In this document: piece after piece, positions 10,440 to 20,433 of the stretch | Numbering within the stretch: the stretch's first letter is position 1 | How the letters are laid out: each line of letters begins with the position of its first letter | Source: an uncultured Acidimicrobiia bacterium | Lineage (GTDB): Bacteria > Actinomycetota > Acidimicrobiia > Acidimicrobiales > AC-14 | Direction: 5' to 3' | NCBI GenBank assembly: GCA_963836205.1 | Contig: CAWIIV010000015.1 | Span: 256,001 to 320,000, forward strand | Length of the DNA: 64,000 bases | Made by a program: the position numbers and the translations under genes | Notes under the pieces: generated by a model | Told to the model about the DNA's origin: nothing | What the model saw: the letters and a program-made list of their open reading frames with translations, nothing else | Database searches by the model: none

Positions 10440-11885
10440 CTAGCCCCGGACTCCGACGCGCACCGCTTTGAACCGGGCCGGCACCGACGGGTGGCCGGTG
10501 TGGCCCACCTGCTCGGGCTGGCCCTTGCCGCAGTTGGGCGTGCCCCAGAAGATCCACTCGCCGGGCTTTCCGCCGCCGAGCATGTCGAGCGAGCCCCAGA
10601 ACCGGGGGGTGATGCCGGTGTAGGTGGGGTTGCGCACCATCCGCCCGAGGGTGCCGTTCTTGATCTCCCGCCCCATCTCGCAGCCGAACTGGAAGTTGAG
10701 GCGCTTGTCGTCGATCGACCACGACCGGTTGGTCTCCATGTAGATGCCGTCGTCGGTGGCCGCGATCATGTCGTCGAGGGTGGACGTGCCCGGGGTGAGG
10801 CCCACGTTGGTCATCCGCACCATCGGGATGCGGCCGTAGCCGTCGGAGCGGACCATGCCGCCCGGGGGCAGGCCGGCGATGGCGGCGGAGTCCCTTCCGG
10901 AAAGGACGCCGACCCACAGGCCGTCCTTGACGATGTCGACCCGCTGGGCCGGCGTGCCCTCGTCGTCGTAGCCGAAGCTGCCCAGAGCGCCGGGGAGGGT
11001 GGCGTCGGCGGTGATGTTCATCAGCTCGGAGCCGTAGCGGAGGGTGCGGAGCTGGGCCAGGTCGAGGAACGAGGTGCCGGCGAAGGCGGCCTCCCACCCG
11101 AGGATGCGGTCGAGCTCGATGGCGTGGCCGACCGACTCGTGGATCTGGAGGGCGAGCTGCTCGCTGCCGAGGATGAGGTCGACCGTGCCCGGCTCGCACT
11201 CTGGGGCCTGGAGGAGCTCGACCGCCTCCTCGGCGATGCGGCGGGCGTTGCCGGGGAGGTCGGCCTCCCGGATGAGCTCGTAGCCCCGGGTGCCGAACTG
11301 GCCGCCGACGCCGCCGAACGACCGCCGTTGCGTCTCCCGCTCCCCCACCGCGGTGGCCGACATGGCCACGCCGCACTCCACCAGGTGCTGGGAGATGCGG
11401 TGGCCCTGGCTGGAGACGAACCACTTCTCGGTGTCCCAGGCGACCATGAACGCGTCGGCCACCGAGACGCCGGCCACGTTGGCCATCTCGTTGGTGACGT
11501 CGACCAGCAGGTCGCCCTTCTCGGCCAGGGAGACGCTCGCCGGGTGTTCGGTCCACGCCGAGTCCCAGTGGGCCTGGTGGACGTGGACGTCGGACAGCTC
11601 CAAGGGGGGCCCGGGCACCATCGCCGAGGCCCGGGCGATGGCCGCCGCCTGCTCGCCCGCGTTGCGAGCCTGGGCGTCGGACGGCTCGGGCACCGCGAAG
11701 AACCCCCACGACGAGCCCACGAGGGCCCGCACCCCCACGCCGGCCGACTGCGACCGGGCCACCTGCTCGAGGATCCCGTCGGTGGCCGAGAGGTGCTCGG
11801 TGCCGAGGATCATGCCCCGGGCGTCGGCGTACGTGGCCCCCGCGGCCAGGGCCCCCTCGACCGCGGCACTGGCGACGTCGAACAT
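10440..11885 (-). CDS. tldD: TldD metalloprotease
   Basis: YADAR, GVGVRAL..GSWGF, zinc motif HESVGH, DDEG, RMTN, CGKGQP. Confidence 0.93.
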   Translation of the reverse strand: MFDVASAAVEGALAAGATYADARGMILGTEHLSATDGILEQVARSQSAGVGVRALVGSSWGFFAVPEPSDAQARNAGEQAAAIARASAMVPGPPLELSDVHVHQAHWDSAWTEHPASVSLAEKGDLLVDVTNEMANVAGVSVADAFMVAWDTEKWFVSSQGHRISQHLVECGVAMSATAVGERETQRRSFGGVGGQFGTRGYELIREADLPGNARRIAEEAVELLQAPECEPGTVDLILGSEQLALQIHESVGHAIELDRILGWEAAFAGTSFLDLAQLRTLRYGSELMNITADATLPGALGSFGYDDEGTPAQRVDIVKDGLWVGVLSGRDSAAIAGLPPGGMVRSDGYGRIPMVRMTNVGLTPGTSTLDDMIAATDDGIYMETNRSWSIDDKRLNFQFGCEMGREIKNGTLGRMVRNPTYTGITPRFWGSLDMLGGGKPGEWIFWGTPNCGKGQPEQVGHTGHPSVPARFKAVRVGVRG

Positions 11886-11908
11886 GCCTCGGACCCTACC
11901 CGCCCCCG

Positions 11909-12092
11909 AACTGGTGACATTTCTGGTGGCCAGGACCACCAAAAGCGTCACCGGTTGGCGATGGCCACCGGCGCACTGCCCGATCCGGTGACATTTCTGG
12001 TGGCCAGGACCACCGAACGCGTCGCCGGTTGGCGATGGCCACCGGCGCACTGGTGACGATTGAGGGCGACAATCGCTCCTGCGTCACCCGTT
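11909..12092. repeat. Three copies of the AACTGGTGAC...GTCACC.GTT hairpin element
   Basis: Copies at 11909-11956, 11983-12030 and 12048-12092, between ppdK and tldD. Confidence 0.85.
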
Positions 12093-12097
12093 GGGAC

Positions 12098-14740
<2,643 letters not shown>

Positions 14741-14813
14741 GGGATCCAGCCTAGTTGGGACGGTCCGACCGCTTTCGGGAGCCAGCGAGGGGCGCGCTGG
14801 TACCGTGGCCGGC

Positions 14814-15359
14814 GTGGCCGATGCGCGTGCCCGTGAGGCAATCGTCAACGAGCACATGCGGCTCGAGAACGGCCACGACTTCCCCGCCTGCATCGGCACC
14901 TTCCACCACGCCCGCTACGAGGTCCTCCCCAGCGCCGAGGTGTTCGACGGACCCGAGGCGGTCGGCGGCTTCCTCGAGCAGAACCGGTCGGCGTTCCCCG
15001 ACTTCGTCTTCACCCCGACGCGGGTGATGGGCGGCGCCGACGCCGTGTTGGTGGAGGGCCGGTTCGTCGGCACCCACCTGGGGACGTGGCGAGGCCTGTT
15101 CGCCACCGGCCGCACGGTCGACTTCCCCATGGCCCTCGTCTTCGAGTTCGACGACGACAAGATGGTGAACGAGCGGGTCTACTTCGACCTCAACTCGCCG
15201 CTGCAGCAGCTGGGCGTCGGCAACGATCCCAACGGGCTGCGGTTCAAGCTCACGCTCGCCCTCACCCACCCGTTCACCATCTTCAAGACGCTGCTGCGCA
15301 AGCTGTCGCCGTTCAAGCGGCGCCACCCGGCCGAGCCCGCCGAGTCGGCCGACTCCTAG
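14814..15359 (+). CDS. SnoaL-like / ester cyclase (NTF2 fold) protein
   Basis: [36 protein letters not shown]; TACCGT -10 just before GTG 14814 (probably leaderless). Confidence 0.85.
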   Translation: MADARAREAIVNEHMRLENGHDFPACIGTFHHARYEVLPSAEVFDGPEAVGGFLEQNRSAFPDFVFTPTRVMGGADAVLVEGRFVGTHLGTWRGLFATGRTVDFPMALVFEFDDDKMVNERVYFDLNSPLQQLGVGNDPNGLRFKLTLALTHPFTIFKTLLRKLSPFKRRHPAEPAESADS

Positions 15360-16655
15360 GCCGAGAGCCGCTCCCGGAGGTAGTCGACCAGGCGATCGAT
15401 CGGGCACCCGGTCCTGGACCAGGGTGTCGCGGTCGCGGACGGTGACGGCCTTGTCGTCGAGCGTCTCGAAGTCGATGGTGACGCAGTAGGGCGTGCCCGC
15501 CTCGTCCTGGCGGCGGTAGCGGCGGCCGATCGACTGGGTCTCGTCGTAGTCGCACATGAAGTGCCGCTTGAGGAGGTCGAAGACATCCTTGGCCGTGGGG
15601 GTGAGCGTGTCCTTCCGGGACAACGGGAGGACCGCGACCTTCACCGGCGCCAGCCGGTGGTGCAGCCGCAGGACGGTGCGGGCCTCGCCGCCCACCTCGT
15701 CCTCGTCGTAGGCGGCCAGGAGGAACGCCATCATCGAGCGGGCCACCCCCGCCGCGGGCTCGATCACGTGGGGGACGTAGCGCTCGCCCGATGCCTGGTC
15801 GAAGTACTCCAGCCGCTCGCCGGAGAACTTGGCGTGCTGGGTGAGGTCGTAGTCGGCGCGGTTGGCGATGCCCTCCAGCTCGCCCCAGCCCCACGGGTAG
15901 AGGAATTCCACGTCGGCGGTGCCGGCCGAGTAGTGGGAGAGCTCCTCGGTGTCGTGGTGGCGGAGGCGGATCGACTCGGCGGGGATTCCCAACTCGGTGT
16001 ACCAGCGCAAGCGCTCCTCGCACCAGTACTCGAACCACTTCTGCGCCTCGCCGGGCGGGACGAAGTACTCCATCTCCATCTGCTCGAACTCGCGGGTGCG
16101 GAAGATGAAGTTGCCGGGCGTGATCTCGTTGCGGAACGACTTGCCCTGCTGGGCGATGCCGAACGGCGGCCTCTTGCGGCTGGTCTGGAGCACGTTGGCG
16201 AAGTTGACGAAGATCCCCTGCGCCGTCTCCGGGCGGAGGTAGGCGACGGAGCCCTCGTTCTCCACGGGGCCGACGTGGGTCTTGAACATCAGGTTGAACG
16301 GACGGGCCTCGGTGAGGTCGTGCGACCCGCATTTGGGGCAGGTATCGCCGATCTGGTCGGCCCGCCACCGCTCCTTGCAGTTGCGACAGTCGACCAGGGG
16401 GTCGGTGAAGGTGGCCAGGTGCCCGCTGGCCTCCCACACCTTGGGAGACATCAGGATGGCGGCGTCGAGACCAACGATGTCGTCGCGCTCCTGCACCATC
16501 GCCCGCCACCACGCGTCCATCACGTTGCGCCGGAGGAGCACCCCGAGCGGGCCGTAGTCGTAGGTCGACCGGAACCCGCCATAGATCTCGCTCGACGGGA
16601 ACACGAATCCCCGGCGCTTGGCCAGGTTGACGACCTTCTCGGTCAGATCGGACAC
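15356..16655 (-). CDS. glyQS: Glycine--tRNA ligase (alpha2 type); 1-nt frameshift near 15405
   Basis: [58 protein letters not shown]. The true C-terminus [16 protein letters not shown] is in another frame after an extra C (GTGCCCG). Confidence 0.95.
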
Positions 16656-16679
16656 CCGGACGATCGTAGTGGCGCCACG

Positions 16680-17594
16680 TCATGCCGCGACCGCCGTTAC
16701 CCTCTGTCCCGCCCGCACCAGCTCCCGCCCGTCGGCGATGTCGTCCGGTGTCGCCCGGAGCAGCCGCCACCCCGCGGCCACGATCCGGTTCCCCCGCACC
16801 CGGTCGCTCCGGAACGGCCCCCGCCCTGCGTGCCACCGGAAGCTGTCGAGCTCGACGGCCACCTTCGCCCGTGGGTCGCCGAGATCGACCCGGGCCACGA
16901 ACTCCCCGTCGTCGAAGATCTGGTACTGGGAAACGAAGCCCGTGTACCCGGCGTCGACGAGCAGCCGGCCGATCCGCATCTCGGCCACGTTGGCCGGGAT
17001 CCCGTCCGGCTCCCACGCGTCGAGGATGGCCCGCAAGGACCTTGTGCCATGGCGCCGGCCGCACTCGTCGACCCTCCGGTGGAGGTGGTCGAGCGAGACC
17101 AGCCGCCGGCAGAGGACATCGTCGACGCCCTCCTCCAAGAGGTCGGGGCGCACGCGACCGGCCAGGTCGAGCAGCGTTCGGGCGGGCCGGGTGACGGGAA
17201 TGCGCTCGTGCACCGTGCGGTCGCCCCGAGGCAGATCGAGGCTGCGGTGGACCGTGGCGAGTGCGTTGCGGCCGCTTCGGTCCGGCGGAACCGTGATCTC
17301 GAGCGGCCCCGGCCGGAACCCGGCGAGACCCCAGAGAACGGCCGCCGACCGGTGAGAAGCCATCGCGCCCGGTCCGGACAGAAGGCAGGCGCCGAGTAGC
17401 CGCTGGTGCCAGGTAACGGGAGCGCCACTCACCCGGTAGAGCCCTCGGGCAACCTGGACCCACCGACCGTTGACCAACCGGGTGCGGATCATGGCAGGCG
17501 TGGCTCCGAGACCTGTGGCCTGGGCGTGCGTGATGAGGCTCCGCTGGCGCCCGGCCGACCGGGCGATGGCGGCGTCGAAGGTCGTCCCTCTCAT
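16680..17594 (-). CDS. AbiEi-like N-terminal domain fused to a DUF559/Vsr-like PD-(D/E)xK endonuclease
   Basis: Q..LIT..Q...G...W..V.RGLY; SHRSAA.LWG; VT.PARTLLDLA; C-terminal ARVDLG..KVAVELDSFRWH..D..R.N.....GW.LLR.T. Confidence 0.85.
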   Translation of the reverse strand: MRGTTFDAAIARSAGRQRSLITHAQATGLGATPAMIRTRLVNGRWVQVARGLYRVSGAPVTWHQRLLGACLLSGPGAMASHRSAAVLWGLAGFRPGPLEITVPPDRSGRNALATVHRSLDLPRGDRTVHERIPVTRPARTLLDLAGRVRPDLLEEGVDDVLCRRLVSLDHLHRRVDECGRRHGTRSLRAILDAWEPDGIPANVAEMRIGRLLVDAGYTGFVSQYQIFDDGEFVARVDLGDPRAKVAVELDSFRWHAGRGPFRSDRVRGNRIVAAGWRLLRATPDDIADGRELVRAGQRVTAVAA

Positions 17595-17603
17595 TGGGAG
17601 TCA

Positions 17604-17625
17604 AGGGTAGCGAGAGGGTGCGACA
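17604..17625 (-). promoter_or_regulatory. PafBC/RecA-NDp-like promoter motif
   Basis: TGTCGC-ACCCTCTCGC-TACCCT, ending 9 nt before the ATG at 17594. Confidence 0.65.
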
Positions 17626-17693
17626 GTTATCCCAGAGCTGTGGAAAGGCCTGGGACAACCGACATCAGCCCTACTTGGTTGTGCAGTTATGTG

Positions 17694-18936
17694 GGCGGAC
17701 TCAAGCGGTCGACGCAAGAACCTCGGCGAGCTTGTCACAGGGCTTCGCCTTGCCGAGGGTCTCTCGGGGCCGACCGTTGAGCAGACGTTCGATTCCGAGG
17801 AGGTCGTCGGGGCTGAATCGGCTCAGGTCGGTGCCCTTGGGCATCCACTGGCGCAGCAGGCCGTTGGTGTTCTCGTTGCTGCCCCGCTGCCAGGGCGAGT
17901 GGGGATCGCAGAAGTAGATCTGCACGCCGGTGTCGACGAGCAGCTGGCGGTGCTGGGACATCTCCTTGCCCTGGTCCCAGGTCACCGACTTCCACAGTTC
18001 TGCCGGCAGTCGTTGGATGGCGGCCGCCATCGCCGCCCGCACCGCCTCGGCGCCGTGGTTGCCGGGCAGGTGCAGCAGCATCACGTAGCGGGTCGATCGC
18101 TCCACCAGGGTCCCCACCGCGCTCCTGCCGTCCTTGCCGATGATGAGGTCGCCCTCCCAGTGGCCGGGAACCGCACGGTCCTCCGCCTCCGCCGGGCGTT
18201 GGCTGATCATCACCATCGCCGGGATCTTGCCCCGAGTCTGGAGCCGGCCCTGGGGCCGGCGGGTGGCCCGCCCGCTGCGCAGGCAGGCGGTGAGTTCCTT
18301 GCGCAGAGCCCCCCGACCCTGCACGAACAGCGACTGGTAGATCGTCTCGTAGGACACCCGCATCATCGGATCGTGCGGGAACTCGATCGGCAACTGGTCG
18401 GCGATCTGCTTGGGCGACCACAGCTCCTGCAGGCGGGCGATGACCCACGCGGCCAGCTCGGGGCGGGTCTCCAGGTGGGTGTCCTTGGGCCGCCTCGCCC
18501 GCTCGCTGGATGCCAGCTGGGCGGCCATGGCCCGATAGCCACGCCGACCGCCGTTGGCCTTGACCTCCCGGCTCACCGTCGAGGTCGTGCGCCCGATATG
18601 GCGGGCGATGGCGGTGAAGGTCTCGCCTCGAACCAGGCCACGTCCGATCTCCTCCCGGGACCGGGCGTCGAGCGGACCGGCCCGGGCGACGAAGCAGGGT
18701 TCCGCCGGCGGCGGCGGCGCCGGATCGACTCCACGGTCGCGGAGCAGGACCAGCCGGACCCCCGAAGCCGACCTGCTCAAGTCCCGGGCAATCTCCCGCA
18801 ACGAGAGGCCCTCCCGGTCCAGACGCCGTGCCCGAGCACGTTCCTGCACCGTCAGATGTCTCACCGGCGCTCCCCTCAGTCAGACCAGGGAGCCTCCCTG
18901 ATCGCCATGGTGTTGCGGTGACCCCTTGAAGCCGCC
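17694..18936 (-). mobile_element. IS30 family insertion sequence, apparently complete (1243 bp)
   Basis: Imperfect 26-bp terminal IRs GGCGGACTCAAGCGGTCGACGCAAGA and GGCGGCTTCAAGGGGTCACCGCAACA; GTG direct repeat at 17691-17693 and 18937-18939. Confidence 0.92.
17701..18864 (-). CDS. IS30 family transposase
   Basis: Two N-terminal HTHs (EIARDLSRS, IARHIGRTTSTVSREV), WSPKQI, SYETIYQ, GHWEGDL, TWDQGKE, SPWQRGSNENTNGLLRQ. Confidence 0.97.
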   Translation of the reverse strand: MRHLTVQERARARRLDREGLSLREIARDLSRSASGVRLVLLRDRGVDPAPPPPAEPCFVARAGPLDARSREEIGRGLVRGETFTAIARHIGRTTSTVSREVKANGGRRGYRAMAAQLASSERARRPKDTHLETRPELAAWVIARLQELWSPKQIADQLPIEFPHDPMMRVSYETIYQSLFVQGRGALRKELTACLRSGRATRRPQGRLQTRGKIPAMVMISQRPAEAEDRAVPGHWEGDLIIGKDGRSAVGTLVERSTRYVMLLHLPGNHGAEAVRAAMAAAIQRLPAELWKSVTWDQGKEMSQHRQLLVDTGVQIYFCDPHSPWQRGSNENTNGLLRQWMPKGTDLSRFSPDDLLGIERLLNGRPRETLGKAKPCDKLAEVLASTA

Positions 18937-18985
18937 GTGGGATATACCGACATAACTGCACACCTACGGACGAAGGGCCCGGCGG

Positions 18986-19047
18986 GGCGGGTGGCGGGTG
19001 GCGGGTGGCGGGTGGCGGGTGGCGGGTGGCGGGTGGCGGGTGGCGGG
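18986..19047 (+). repeat. Heptanucleotide tandem repeat (GGCGGGT)8 plus partial unit
   Basis: Eight perfect units from 18986, followed by a G-rich degenerate continuation to ~19130. Confidence 0.9.
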
Positions 19048-19134
19048 CGGGCCCGGCGGGTGGCGGGCGGGCCCGGCGGGGCGGGTGGCGGCGGGTGGCC
19101 CGAGGCGGGCGGCGGACGGTGGGGGCGGGGGGCG

Positions 19135-19863
19135 TCAGTGGCGGTCCAGGAGGCCGACGGAGCGGAGGCGGCGTTCGAGGTGTTGCTCGAGGGCTCGGGT
19201 GGCGAGGCGGGAGACCTCGGCCGTGGCCGGTCCGAGGGGGGTGTTCAGTGCCGTGCCCAGGTCGCCGCCCAGGACGAGGCGGACGAGGGCGAGGCCCTCC
19301 CCCGACACGGGCGATCCCCCGCCCACCCGGGCGCACGAGCGGCAGAGCACACCCCCCTGCACCTGGTCGAACGCGCACAGGTCACCGACCGACCTGCAGA
19401 CCACGCACTCGTCCAGATACGGGTGGAAGCCCTCGGCGGCCAGCAGTTTCAAGAAGAAGGCGGGCACCAGCAGCGGCGCGTCGTGGGCGGCCAGCGCCCG
19501 CAGCCCGCCCAGCAGCATCTGGTAGAGCCGGAGGTTGGCGTGCCCCTCCTGGGCCACCTGGTCGCACGCCTCCAACAGCGACTGCGCCTTCGAGAGACGG
19601 TCGAAGTCCTCCCGGACGGCCCGGAACACCTCCACCGTCTCCGCCTGGGTGACGATGTCGAGGTCGCTCCGACCCTCGTACATCAGCAACGACACGTGCA
19701 CCATCGGCTCCAACCGCGACCCGAAGCGCGATTTGGTCTTGCGCACGCCCTTGGCCACCGCCCGCACCTTGCCCCGGCCGGCGGTGAGCAGGGTGACGAT
19801 GCGGTCGGCTTCGCCGAGCTTGATCGTCCGCAGCACGACCCCGTGCTCCCGGTAGAGACCCAC
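19135..19863 (-). CDS. recO: DNA repair protein RecO
   Basis: GVVLRT.KLGEADRIVTLLT..RGKVRAVAKGVRKTKSRFG; CxxC...CxxC zinc finger. Confidence 0.95.
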   Translation of the reverse strand: MGLYREHGVVLRTIKLGEADRIVTLLTAGRGKVRAVAKGVRKTKSRFGSRLEPMVHVSLLMYEGRSDLDIVTQAETVEVFRAVREDFDRLSKAQSLLEACDQVAQEGHANLRLYQMLLGGLRALAAHDAPLLVPAFFLKLLAAEGFHPYLDECVVCRSVGDLCAFDQVQGGVLCRSCARVGGGSPVSGEGLALVRLVLGGDLGTALNTPLGPATAEVSRLATRALEQHLERRLRSVGLLDRH

Positions 19864-19925
19864 GCGACCAGTATCCGCCGCCACGGGCCTCCGAAGGGCG
19901 ATGCCCGCCGGTACGATCGGCGATC

Positions 19926-20408
19926 GTGAAGGGCACCGTCCACGCCGCCGGCCGAGTGGGTCTGGGACTGCTCGCCTGGGCGGTCGCGGCCACCGGCTGC
20001 GGCGACTCCACCTCCTCCGCCGACCGGCCCGCCTCCACGTCGGCGCCGGCCTCCACCAGCACCACCACGCCCCCCACCAGCACCACCGCGACGGCCACGC
20101 CGACGACGTCACCCACCGCCGGACCCACCGCCGGGCCCACCTCGACACCCCCCGGCACCGCACCCACCACCAGCCAGCTCGGACCCCAGTGGGTCCAGGC
20201 CGACGGGCGGGTGCTCATCGAGGCGGTGGCCGCCGACGACGCCCAGCAGCTCCTGGCCGATCTGGTGGCCCTCGGCCTCACCGACGGCGTCGTGGTCGGC
20301 CGGGTGGTGAACGGGTGGCTCCCGGTCGAGGCCTTCGACCACGCCCAGCACCTGGCATCACTCAAGTTCCTCCAGCCCACAGGAGCAGGCACCGGCGCCG
20401 GCGGCTGA
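19926..20408 (+). CDS. Lipoprotein: S/T/P linker plus stand-alone copy of the subtilase propeptide domain
   Basis: Signal peptide ending AATG-C. Its C-terminal 62-aa segment aligns ungapped with the N-terminal region of the next ORF (36/62 identical by hand count). Confidence 0.8.
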   Translation: MKGTVHAAGRVGLGLLAWAVAATGCGDSTSSADRPASTSAPASTSTTTPPTSTTATATPTTSPTAGPTAGPTSTPPGTAPTTSQLGPQWVQADGRVLIEAVAADDAQQLLADLVALGLTDGVVVGRVVNGWLPVEAFDHAQHLASLKFLQPTGAGTGAGG

Positions 20409-20433
20409 CCGAGAACACAGAAAGGCGGCCCCA

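Noticed and set aside
9112-11885. tldD/tldE as part of a RiPP cluster
   Set aside because: No precursor peptide, YcaO or transporter is adjacent; this looks like the generic housekeeping pair.
11909-12092. AAC...GTT-bounded hairpins as integron attC sites
   Set aside because: There is no integron integrase (the tyrosine recombinase is XerC in its usual context), no extrahelical-base pattern is evident, and the copies are tandem without cassettes and lie between housekeeping genes.
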